Of a DNA stretch of 64,000 bases, positions 9,289-18,289 are shown in pieces. A program made the position numbers and the translations under genes. The notes beneath the pieces are model-generated. The model was not told the origin of the DNA. It saw only the letters and a list, made by a program, of their open reading frames with translations, and searched no databases. Origin of the DNA: an uncultured virus (IMG/VR IMGVR_UViG_3300024251_000006) (Duplodnaviria > Heunggongvirae > Uroviricota > Caudoviricetes); the IMG/VR virus record IMGVR_UViG_3300024251_000006. One strand, 5' to 3'. Positions within the stretch are counted from its first letter, which is position 1. Each line of letters starts with the position of its first letter.

Positions 9289-12200
9289 TGAGACCTTCAC
9301 ACGCAATCGTCAGGGCAACCGTGCGATATTCAAGGGTTGGAGTCCTAACAACCCACCTGATTCGCTGCCACCCGATAAATATCCGTATGCCCAAAATGTC
9401 CGCGTAGTGAACGACGACTCCATCGAGACTCGTCCCGGGCAGGTGCTCTCCTTCGCTACGGGCGGCGCACCTGTCACCGACCTGCGCTCCTACGTGGAGC
9501 TTGAGACGGACGGCCTGCCACGAACATTGGCTCGCGATACCAACGACGCGGTGTGGCTGGATAATGCGGCTCAGGTGGGCACTCTTGCCGCTGGCGGTCC
9601 TGGCGCAACGTTCATTCCATTTAGACCTAACCAGTCTCCCGACCCGTACATGTATATCGCCAACGGTGCGGACTATCAGAAGTTCTCGGCACCGGAAGCT
9701 GGGGTGGTCACTGCATCCAAAGTAGGCATCGCCGAGCCGCAGACGGGCTGTGAAGCGGCACCGGTGGCGCAAACGTTCACTGAAGTTCTGTCACCCGGCG
9801 GAACATGGAATACCGGAGGCACTGGCTCAGCGTGGACCAGCGGCGACCGCTCCACCGACATCATCGTCTCGAGCTTCAATGACCCAGTGAATCCTATCCC
9901 TGAAGGTGGCATCCATCCCGCCGTACCGCCGCGGTGGTCGCTTGAGGTCAGCCCCACCGTACAGTACCAGCGTGGAGAGGTGCTATACCTGAACGGTTCA
10001 CCAACGCTCATCACGGTCATTGAAGAAGTTATCCCGCCGCTAGCTATTTCCATGACGGTGCAGGCTATGTATTACAATCCCGGGCCTCTAGGACGAGCTA
10101 TTGTCGCGCTGCAAGGAGTGACGTCACCTTCCAAGTCACATCCGGTGGAGAACCAATCGGGCTCATCGCTGCCGCCGTCCGAGACTATCGCCCAACTGAA
10201 GCGCGGCGCTATCGTACAAGTTGGCACTGAGAAGGTCTTTGTGGAGTCGGTCACGACTGGCGCTACGGGACAGCTGTGCTTCGAGGCGGTATTCGGCGTC
10301 CTCCATGCAGCGGGTGAGACGGTTATCGGCCTGCCAACCATCATCATCAACGGCGTGCAGAATGCGTCTTCGGTGCTGCCAGCTACGCCGATCATCGGTG
10401 ATCAGGGCAACGTCGAGAATTTCACCATAGCGGCGGGCATCGGTACACTCACCACTGGTCCGGCCGGCGGAGGTCCTACTGGAACCATCATCGCCACACC
10501 GACAACGACACTGAATGGCTGGGGACCCAACGCGCACGTTGGTGCCTACGAAATGGGAGTTAACCAAGGCTTCAACTGGGGCCTGGATCCATCCACAACT
10601 TCCGGCTACAACAATCCCAACAATGTGGCTGACGGCAACACTACGACTTACGCCGACGCCACCGGCCAGCATACGCACAACTATTACGGCTGCGTGTGGG
10701 GATTCTTGTCTGGCACGCCGCAGTCCAACATGGTGCTGAACATCAACTCCCGCGTGCTGGCTAATGGAGACGATGGGCTGGTGGTCAACACCCGTAGCGC
10801 CGGCATCTGGTACTCCCTTGACAATTCCGTGACATGGAATCAGGTCTACAACATGGGACCGGTACTGCCCTCCAGCCAGCCATTGTCGCGCCCGCAGCAG
10901 TGGGACTCCATTCCCTTACCTGCCAGCCAGGACATTACGCAAGTGCAGGTGATGGCCTTCACCGACTCGCATGACGACATGGTGCACCGGGTGTATGAGA
11001 TCAATATCAGCGCTGGGGCGGCGTCGATCGGTGTGGATACGGGAGCCTTCCAAGACGATGATTATCTACACTTCTCGGTGAACGTGGACAATCCGGCAAA
11101 CCTCGCCGAGATGCGGCTGCAGTTCGATGTGAGCGACGGAACATTCCTGTCGAACTACTACTTCGCGGGAGTCCGGCCATCGGATCTCGTTAGCGCCACT
11201 ACCGCCGCGACTCCAGTGACCTTACTCGCCGCCACGCAGGCTATCATCTCCGAGACCAATACTTACCAGGGCGCTGGAAAGCTCAACGTGCAGATGTCCA
11301 CGCCATCGGTTGCCGGTGAAGGCCAGTGGACCGAAGTGTGGATGCCTATCAGTGCGCTGACTCGTATCGGTGGTGATCAAACTAAGACGCTGGCCAATCT
11401 CAACTCGGTGCAGGTGTATGTCAATGCTACCGCCACGGTCAGGGTCAGCATCTCCAGCATCATCTTCATTGGCGGTTCGCAGCCGGATATTGGCGACATT
11501 GGCGAGCCGTACCGCTACCGTGTGCGGCCACGTTCCAAGGTTACCGGAGCTAAGGGCAATCCTTCGCCTGAGATGCGCTACGGTGTAATTGCTCACCGCC
11601 AGCCGGTACAGGTCAACCTTCCCTCGGCGGTCTACGATACCCAGATTGATACTTGGGACGTCTTCCGCTTTGGCGGCAGCGTTACTTCATGGCGCTATAT
11701 CGGGTCTATCGCCTCGACACACGCATCGTTTCAGGATGATTACAGTGACGAGGCCGCACAGGCTGGCGATGCACTGGAGTTTGATAACTTCGAGCCGTGG
11801 CCAACGATAGACTTTCCGTTGAACGCCACCGCGTCCACCGTGGTTGGGACTATTGCTGTGGTCACTATTCTCGCGCCAACGCTGGCACTGCGCTATCTGC
11901 CTGGGAATCTGGTGAACCTTGGCGGTCAGTCGACTTACACCTTGCGCAAGCGGCCAACGCTCATCTCAGGCACCGACTATCTATTCGAGTTCGTTGAGTG
12001 CACCGCCGGATTCAATCAGGGCGCTATCAGTGACAATGGTCAGACCAACATCTATGAGCCTGCGGTAGCACGGCAGTTCGTGCCCTACATGTGGGGGCCG
12101 GATGTGAATGGTACGGTATTCGCGGTGGGCGATCCGTTGCGGCCGGGCACGCTGTACTTCGCCAAGGGTAACAATCCTGACTCGGCTTCCGATAGCTTCA

Positions 12201-13501
12201 ACATGGAACTAGTACCACCGTCTGAGCCGCTGATGGGCGGACTGGTGCTCGACGGACTCAGCTTTGTTGGTTCAACCGAACGTTGGTGGGCGCTCTATCC
12301 TCAGCCGACGAATCCTTTGCAGCGATACAATCCGGTCCAGCAACCGTTACCGCGGGGACTGGCGGCGCCGTATGCTTGCTGCACGGATGGCTCACAGATC
12401 TTCTTCTGGGCCAAGGATGGCATATGGTCTACCGGCAAAGGCAGCCTGACCGACGAGGACCTGTATAATCTCTTCCCGCATGATGGTACACCTGGCGAGG
12501 AACAGACTTATGGGCCGCCGGGCCTAGCACACACGGTGCTTCCGCCAGACTACTCTCGAGCAGGAACCTTCCGGCTCACTTACTGTAATTACTATCTCTA
12601 CGCCACATATCAGGACTCGGCTGGGAATTACAACACTCTGGTCTACGACGTCCGGCGCAATGCGTGGTGTGTCGACCTCTACGGCACTCAAGTCTGCCGG
12701 TTCTATCATCCTGAGCAGCAGGCCGGGACGTTGCTGACCTCAACCACGCGCTATCCAGAATTGCTGATGGCGGATATTCAAGGCCGGGTATCGGTTCAGA
12801 CTCCATTCAGCAACGACCTCGACGGCGGGATTCAAGTCCTACTGGCCACCAACGAAGACCCTGGCGGCGATCTGCGAGCGCCTAAACAGTGGGGCGATAC
12901 CTTCATCGACGCTATCTGCCCCGCCGGCATGGCTATCAACATGATGTCGCAGGCGGTTCAGGTTGGAGCTCCGCTAGCCGTAGCGGCATCGGCAACCCGG
13001 GCTCGCCAGCCTATCAGCGTTGGCAATGCTCTCGTCGTCAGCGCCTTCATGGGCTTGTACTTCAGCTGGACCGACGACTTCACGACACAGACTGCGCCGA
13101 CAACGCTATTCATCTGGCAGACCAGCTTCGTCATCCAGCCGGCACAGACGATCCAGTGGCAGACGCTGGGCACCAGTTTCGGGATGCAGGGCTACGGCCA
13201 CATACCGCAAGTGTCCATGGCCTACATCTCGACAGCCGACGTGACCTTGCAGATTACCAGCTACGATGGCCAGTCTCCTGCGGCGATCATCCTGCCAACT
13301 TCCAATGGCATCTACGTGAAAAAGGTCTTCCGTGTAAGCGCCAACAAGGGCCAGCTCTACGCTTTCTCTGGAACTTCCACCGCGCCATTTCAATTCTTTT
13401 TGGAGGATTGCGAGATTCTAGTTGGGGCGTTCAATCGACAAGATCCTTATGCTGTAATCAAGTCCTTCCTCTCCGGCCCGGTTGATGGAGCACCGTTATG
13501 A
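9281..13501 (+). CDS. Podovirus tail nozzle / packaged-DNA stabilisation protein with inserted domains
   Basis: GWSPNNPPDSLPPDKYPYAQNVRV...IETRPG N-terminus typical of P22 gp10/T7 gp12-like nozzles; beta-propeller-like C-terminal half; about 1400 aa. Confidence 0.6.
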   Translation: MPNETFTRNRQGNRAIFKGWSPNNPPDSLPPDKYPYAQNVRVVNDDSIETRPGQVLSFATGGAPVTDLRSYVELETDGLPRTLARDTNDAVWLDNAAQVGTLAAGGPGATFIPFRPNQSPDPYMYIANGADYQKFSAPEAGVVTASKVGIAEPQTGCEAAPVAQTFTEVLSPGGTWNTGGTGSAWTSGDRSTDIIVSSFNDPVNPIPEGGIHPAVPPRWSLEVSPTVQYQRGEVLYLNGSPTLITVIEEVIPPLAISMTVQAMYYNPGPLGRAIVALQGVTSPSKSHPVENQSGSSLPPSETIAQLKRGAIVQVGTEKVFVESVTTGATGQLCFEAVFGVLHAAGETVIGLPTIIINGVQNASSVLPATPIIGDQGNVENFTIAAGIGTLTTGPAGGGPTGTIIATPTTTLNGWGPNAHVGAYEMGVNQGFNWGLDPSTTSGYNNPNNVADGNTTTYADATGQHTHNYYGCVWGFLSGTPQSNMVLNINSRVLANGDDGLVVNTRSAGIWYSLDNSVTWNQVYNMGPVLPSSQPLSRPQQWDSIPLPASQDITQVQVMAFTDSHDDMVHRVYEINISAGAASIGVDTGAFQDDDYLHFSVNVDNPANLAEMRLQFDVSDGTFLSNYYFAGVRPSDLVSATTAATPVTLLAATQAIISETNTYQGAGKLNVQMSTPSVAGEGQWTEVWMPISALTRIGGDQTKTLANLNSVQVYVNATATVRVSISSIIFIGGSQPDIGDIGEPYRYRVRPRSKVTGAKGNPSPEMRYGVIAHRQPVQVNLPSAVYDTQIDTWDVFRFGGSVTSWRYIGSIASTHASFQDDYSDEAAQAGDALEFDNFEPWPTIDFPLNATASTVVGTIAVVTILAPTLALRYLPGNLVNLGGQSTYTLRKRPTLISGTDYLFEFVECTAGFNQGAISDNGQTNIYEPAVARQFVPYMWGPDVNGTVFAVGDPLRPGTLYFAKGNNPDSASDSFNMELVPPSEPLMGGLVLDGLSFVGSTERWWALYPQPTNPLQRYNPVQQPLPRGLAAPYACCTDGSQIFFWAKDGIWSTGKGSLTDEDLYNLFPHDGTPGEEQTYGPPGLAHTVLPPDYSRAGTFRLTYCNYYLYATYQDSAGNYNTLVYDVRRNAWCVDLYGTQVCRFYHPEQQAGTLLTSTTRYPELLMADIQGRVSVQTPFSNDLDGGIQVLLATNEDPGGDLRAPKQWGDTFIDAICPAGMAINMMSQAVQVGAPLAVAASATRARQPISVGNALVVSAFMGLYFSWTDDFTTQTAPTTLFIWQTSFVIQPAQTIQWQTLGTSFGMQGYGHIPQVSMAYISTADVTLQITSYDGQSPAAIILPTSNGIYVKKVFRVSANKGQLYAFSGTSTAPFQFFLEDCEILVGAFNRQDPYAVIKSFLSGPVDGAPL

Positions 13502-13800
13502 ACGACAAGTCCGTCCGTTGGTATCCCACCCACATGCAGTTGAAAGATCCACAATCCACCGAACGTTCCTTCCGCGAGACTTTGCGCATGCTGTATGAAT
13601 TACAAGACTCGCATGAACAGTTGAAAGCGCAGATTAAGAATGGGTCTCAAGGAGCTAACAAAGAAGCTGTTCCGGCGGGGAATAGCGCTTCAGATCAACG
13701 CATGCTGGGGCTTCCAGTTGAGCCTAGCGACACCACACAACTGGCTGATGGAACTGTGCTTACCTACGTAGCAGCTACGAGGAGCTTCAAGTTCTTATGA
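13498..13800 (+). CDS. Hypothetical tail-associated protein
   Basis: Coiled coil followed by DGTVLTYVAAT, a fibre-like motif; coupled to the nozzle gene. Confidence 0.5.
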   Translation: MNDKSVRWYPTHMQLKDPQSTERSFRETLRMLYELQDSHEQLKAQIKNGSQGANKEAVPAGNSASDQRMLGLPVEPSDTTQLADGTVLTYVAATRSFKFL

Positions 13801-13937
13801 TGATTGTCAGCTCACCTCAGCCACCTGACATTGGGCAGCAACGACGCCAGCGGCGCTTTGAGACCGCTATCTATAGCATCCTGGTGATTCAAGCTCTGGA
13901 ACTGCTCATCCTCACCATGCTACTGGTGCGGCGATGA
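13797..13937 (+). CDS. Small single-TM peptide (46 aa; not in the ORF track)
   Basis: MMIVSSPQPPDIGQQRRQRRFETAIYSILVIQALELLILTMLLVRR; ATGA overlaps with both neighbouring genes. Confidence 0.5.
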   Translation: MMIVSSPQPPDIGQQRRQRRFETAIYSILVIQALELLILTMLLVRR

Positions 13938-14368
13938 CCGCTACCATCCAGCGCGACGTGCACGGCCCGGACTGGCCGCTGGGTTTCATCCAAGTCGTCA
14001 CTCCCGGCACACCGGCGAGCTTCATGTCCGTCGTGGATCCAACCTCCAACAACGCTCCCGGCACGCCTACCAATCCCACCAATTACCCTACTACGGTGCG
14101 CGCTGAAGAGATCATGGTGCAGGCATTCAGACCGGGCACCTCGGGTACTCAACTGAACCTTGGGAATATCTACATTGTCAGGCGCGGCGCTGGAGGAGGT
14201 TCCGGCAACCGTGATGATACTGGCAGTATTGTCGCTACACTTGTTCCCGGGCAGACTCTCTTCTTCACAGCTGCTGCTGTTAACGTGAACGTATGGAATC
14301 CCTATCGCTATTCGATTGACGCGGACAACGCGGGAGACGGAGCCTTTATCACGCTGATCGTACAATAA
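13934..14368 (+). CDS. Virion beta-sandwich protein, paralogue A (of 23047..23487)
   Basis: Shares WPLG..VTPGTP..MS.VDP, GNIY and IDADNAGDGA.ITLI with 23047..23487. Confidence 0.65.
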   Translation: MTATIQRDVHGPDWPLGFIQVVTPGTPASFMSVVDPTSNNAPGTPTNPTNYPTTVRAEEIMVQAFRPGTSGTQLNLGNIYIVRRGAGGGSGNRDDTGSIVATLVPGQTLFFTAAAVNVNVWNPYRYSIDADNAGDGAFITLIVQ

Positions 14369-14369
14369 T

Positions 14370-15065
14370 ATGAACTATTCCACTTCTTTTACAGGAACGG
14401 AGAATCCTCTATCTGAAGGTGGTGTTTGGATCAATGGCGGCAGCGTAGGGCTGGATTGGTCCAATTGTCAAAAGTATGCGAATCATGCGACAGGTACGGT
14501 AATAACTGGTGGTAGTTCAGGAGCGGATGATGCCACGGCCGTACTAGCCGGAAGCTGGCAAGCGGATCAAAGGTGCTGGGGTACGCTACTAACAGATTCT
14601 GTAAATAACATTGGAACCGAAGTAGAGCTAAGACTTAATACCACCATAACCGCCAACTCTATCACTGGGTATGAAATAGACTGCGGTTTACAATCCGGGC
14701 TTCAAGGGATCCAGATCGTGCGCTGGCTTGGGCCTATTGGTTCGTTTATCATTCTACCGCCGGGTTTTGTACCCCCTCCTGCCGCATTTACAACTGGCGA
14801 CATCATCTATAGCAGTAATGTAGGAGGGCTGATCAGCGTTTATTTGAACGGAACTTTAGTCGTCCAAGCAACCGACACTGCTTATACCAATGGGAGTCCG
14901 GGTATAGGATTCTGGAACTCCAACACATTGGGATTATTCGACACCTTTGGCTTAAAGAATTTCTCGGCATCTGACGGCACTGGTCCGGTAGTTGGAGGTG
15001 CATCTATTTCTATCTTACGTGGGCCGCATCGCGGTTCTCGCGTGACACCACCATATAATCCATGA
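14370..15065 (+). CDS. Lectin/ConA-like beta-sandwich protein
   Basis: FTGTENPLSEGGVW...ISVYLNGTLVVQATDTAYTNGSPGIGF; locally AT-richer DNA. Confidence 0.5.
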   Translation: MNYSTSFTGTENPLSEGGVWINGGSVGLDWSNCQKYANHATGTVITGGSSGADDATAVLAGSWQADQRCWGTLLTDSVNNIGTEVELRLNTTITANSITGYEIDCGLQSGLQGIQIVRWLGPIGSFIILPPGFVPPPAAFTTGDIIYSSNVGGLISVYLNGTLVVQATDTAYTNGSPGIGFWNSNTLGLFDTFGLKNFSASDGTGPVVGGASISILRGPHRGSRVTPPYNP

Positions 15066-15080
15066 TATGAAAGCGATATA

Positions 15081-17888
15081 ATGATAAGACGATTATTCCT
15101 TTTAACTTTACTGATCTTTATATGTCCCGCCGTCATCCATGCACAATGTTCAGGAGTAACTAACTGTACTGCGGCCGGGCTGTCTGTAGCACAGATTCAA
15201 GCCGCATTGAACAGCATTGACCAGGACAATACAACGTTGCACCTGCCTGCCGGAGCAGTTACATGGACCGGAACCACGATAGTTCAATACACCGCCACAT
15301 TGTCGGTTACGGTTATGGGCGCAGGTGCGGTTTCGGCAACTACAGATGGAGCGAGCACCACTGGAACGGATCAGACAACTATTACGGATAACATCAATCA
15401 CTCCTCCGGCCCTGGCCAGTCTTTCCAAATCAGTACCACTGCGGGGAAGTCTTTCCGGCTGACCGGGATATTTTTCAAGATGGATAGCGGCAGCACCGTG
15501 GCCGCAAACGGAATATGTTTAATCGGCGGCACTTCAACAGCACTCCGCGTAGACCACATGCACTTTTTCTTAACCAGCTTTGGCGCTCAGGGCATACGTT
15601 TCGGCGGATCGGCTATCGGTGTCGCGGACCACAACTACTTTGACGCCCAAAGTCCCAACCTGACGTTCAGTTATGCGGTGCATACTGGAGAAAACTGGCT
15701 TGGCAGCACTACTGGCTTCGGAGATAAATCGTGGGCGGACAGCGATCATTTCGGCACTAGCCAATTTATGTTCATCGAGGATAATCGTTTCCACAATGGA
15801 GACTTTGGAGACGGAAATGTTGGCGGTAGATATGTGCTTCGCCACAGCACATTCGTTAACGATGTTGTTGGGCAGGGTCAGGTATTCGGCCATGGAACGA
15901 CCGATGGGAGAGACAGAAGTATGCGGGCGGCTGAAGCCTATCTCAACAATTTCATTCAGCCTTCGGTTACCGGAGCGGGAAATCCGGCCTACTCAATCAA
16001 TGGCGGAACCTTGCTGTTTTGGGGAAACACTGTTTCCAATTACAGGGGCGCAGTTCAGATAGATTACACACGCAAGAATAACAACACGTATAACTATCAA
16101 CCCACGCCAAACGGATGGGGGAATTGTGGTACGCCACCAGCAGCGCCTAACGGGCCTAGCAACTGGGACCAGAACACGAACTCTCTAGGTTATGCGTGCA
16201 TGGATGCTCCGGCACGCGGTGGTGGCGACCTGTTAAATGGCCTGCAATTTCCTAATGTGCTAAACACGACTACTGGAACAATCGCGTGGCCGCATCAAGC
16301 TCGCTCTCCTGTATATATCTGGAATATAACCTATACACCGTCAAGCGGATACTCGGGAACTTGCTCGGGGCAGAGTTGCTTGGTGGCGAATAGCTGGTTA
16401 ACAGATAACTTGGATTTGTACCAGCAGTTTAGCGCTTTTGCCAACGCAGGAAGTTTCAACGGTACGATTGGTGTTGGTCAAGGTTCGGTGACCCCGACAA
16501 CGGCTGGTGCGTATTCGGGAGCGCCAAACTGTACCGCTGGCCCTGGGGGTAATACTCCCGGTGTCGGTTGGTGGGACACAACGAACAGCACGCTCTATGT
16601 TTGTACGGCGACTAACACTTGGACCGCCTACTACACGCCGTTTACTTATCCGCATCCGCTGGCTAGTGGTGGAGTGGTGCCGCCGCCTCCGCCGAATGCG
16701 CCTACTGGCCTTACAGGAACAGTGTCGGCATCCACGGTAAGCCTGAGTTGGACCGCTTCGTCAGGCAGCCCGGTGCCTACCGCGTATACGCTCTACCGCG
16801 GAACAGTTCATGGTGGTCCATACAGCGTGGTGAAGTCCGGCCTGACCTCTACCAGCACCACCGATACGCCGCCGAATGGCACATGGTTCTATACCGTTGC
16901 GGCCTACGTTGGAGGGATTGTCTCGAACATCTCTGGCAGCGGTTCTGTGGCCACGGTTACCTGCACCACGAGCTGCGCGTTTCCAACCGGAGCCACATTG
17001 ACAGTTGGAGGGAACAGCACGGCTGGATTCAATGTCACGACATCTTCCACCAGCCAGCCCACTTCATCTACTTTCACTTTTGCATCATCAACCAGTGGTA
17101 CTGGAACCGGTGGCGGAGCTTGGCAGACGGCCAGCGAGTCGGCTAAGTCCAATGAGATTACGGCGACCGTTCCGGCGGCGTTGACGGCGACGTTCCTTCC
17201 AGCGTCACGTACCTTCGCTTCGCAGACCGTGGGTACATCGTCGGCCAGCCAGTCGTTTACATTTACCAACACTTCCGGCCCGGGCGGGACGATTACCATT
17301 AGCGGCAAGGCTCTCTCGGGAGCGAATCCCGGGGACTATGGCTTCACCGACAACTGTCCATCGCTGCTGCTCTCAGGATTGAACTGTACGGCCAATGTGA
17401 CCTTCACTCCTACGGCGGCTGGGACAAGGAATGCAACGCTAGTGTTCACGGACAATGCTACGGGCTCGCCACAGTCTGTGGCCATGACCGGTACTGGCGT
17501 GGCGCAGGCTCCCGGCGTGAGCTTGAATCCTACCAGCTTGAACTTCGGGGACCAGACGCTGTCCACGACCTCGACCACGAGGAGCATCATTCTGACCAAC
17601 ACCGGCTCAGGTGCGCTCACCGTAACTTCGGTTGTGGCCTCGGGAGACTTCGCGGTGGTGACGGTTCCGGCAACCAACTGTGGCGGGACGCTGGCATCGC
17701 TGGCAACTTGCTCGCTGAACGTGACCTTCACGCCGACAGCTACGGGCGGCAGGACAGGCGCCGTGACCGTAACCGACAATGCTAGTGGCAGTCCTCACGT
17801 GGCCAGCCTGAGTGGAACTGGCATAACAACCAAGTGCCAGATGACTGGAAACGTGACATTATCCGGTGTAGGGAGCGTGTGCCAATGA
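15081..17888 (+). CDS. Secreted adhesin/depolymerase-like protein: beta-helix + FN3 + two choice-of-anchor-D (ASH) Ig-like domains
   Basis: Signal peptide ending IHA-Q; YTPFTYPHPL; PNAPTGLT..VSLSWTAS (FN3); two CxxxLxxxxxC.VTFTPTA.G.R repeats. Confidence 0.7.
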   Translation: MIRRLFLLTLLIFICPAVIHAQCSGVTNCTAAGLSVAQIQAALNSIDQDNTTLHLPAGAVTWTGTTIVQYTATLSVTVMGAGAVSATTDGASTTGTDQTTITDNINHSSGPGQSFQISTTAGKSFRLTGIFFKMDSGSTVAANGICLIGGTSTALRVDHMHFFLTSFGAQGIRFGGSAIGVADHNYFDAQSPNLTFSYAVHTGENWLGSTTGFGDKSWADSDHFGTSQFMFIEDNRFHNGDFGDGNVGGRYVLRHSTFVNDVVGQGQVFGHGTTDGRDRSMRAAEAYLNNFIQPSVTGAGNPAYSINGGTLLFWGNTVSNYRGAVQIDYTRKNNNTYNYQPTPNGWGNCGTPPAAPNGPSNWDQNTNSLGYACMDAPARGGGDLLNGLQFPNVLNTTTGTIAWPHQARSPVYIWNITYTPSSGYSGTCSGQSCLVANSWLTDNLDLYQQFSAFANAGSFNGTIGVGQGSVTPTTAGAYSGAPNCTAGPGGNTPGVGWWDTTNSTLYVCTATNTWTAYYTPFTYPHPLASGGVVPPPPPNAPTGLTGTVSASTVSLSWTASSGSPVPTAYTLYRGTVHGGPYSVVKSGLTSTSTTDTPPNGTWFYTVAAYVGGIVSNISGSGSVATVTCTTSCAFPTGATLTVGGNSTAGFNVTTSSTSQPTSSTFTFASSTSGTGTGGGAWQTASESAKSNEITATVPAALTATFLPASRTFASQTVGTSSASQSFTFTNTSGPGGTITISGKALSGANPGDYGFTDNCPSLLLSGLNCTANVTFTPTAAGTRNATLVFTDNATGSPQSVAMTGTGVAQAPGVSLNPTSLNFGDQTLSTTSTTRSIILTNTGSGALTVTSVVASGDFAVVTVPATNCGGTLASLATCSLNVTFTPTATGGRTGAVTVTDNASGSPHVASLSGTGITTKCQMTGNVTLSGVGSVCQ

Positions 17889-18289
17889 CGACAACACTTA
17901 ATCTGACGCTGCCAACGGTGGGCGGATCCGCGAATCAATGGGGGACGATCCTGAACACGGCACTGGGTATCGTCAACACTCTTGGCGGCGTGCAAGTGGT
18001 TAACGTAAACTCGGCTTACCTTGCGGTGTTCACACCTTATCCCGAGACGGTCATCCGCGGCACGACTTCTGGCCTGAACGTGCCAATTACCTTGCCTGAT
18101 TCTGCATCCGTTCAAGGCAAGCTGTGGGTAGTGAAGAAGCTGGATGCTGGAGCCGGCGCGCTACAGATACTCGTGCAGGGTACCGACACCATTGATGGCC
18201 AGACCGAGTGGGATCTTACGAACCAATACCAATACGTTCGTCTCTACGCTAATGGAACCACGGGGTATGACGTGATAGGGAGCTCATGA
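17885..18289 (+). CDS. Short tail-fibre-like protein
   Basis: [19 protein letters not shown]-terminus and TLP..GK..VKK..DTIDG C-terminal module common in fibres. Confidence 0.55.
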   Translation: MTTTLNLTLPTVGGSANQWGTILNTALGIVNTLGGVQVVNVNSAYLAVFTPYPETVIRGTTSGLNVPITLPDSASVQGKLWVVKKLDAGAGALQILVQGTDTIDGQTEWDLTNQYQYVRLYANGTTGYDVIGSS

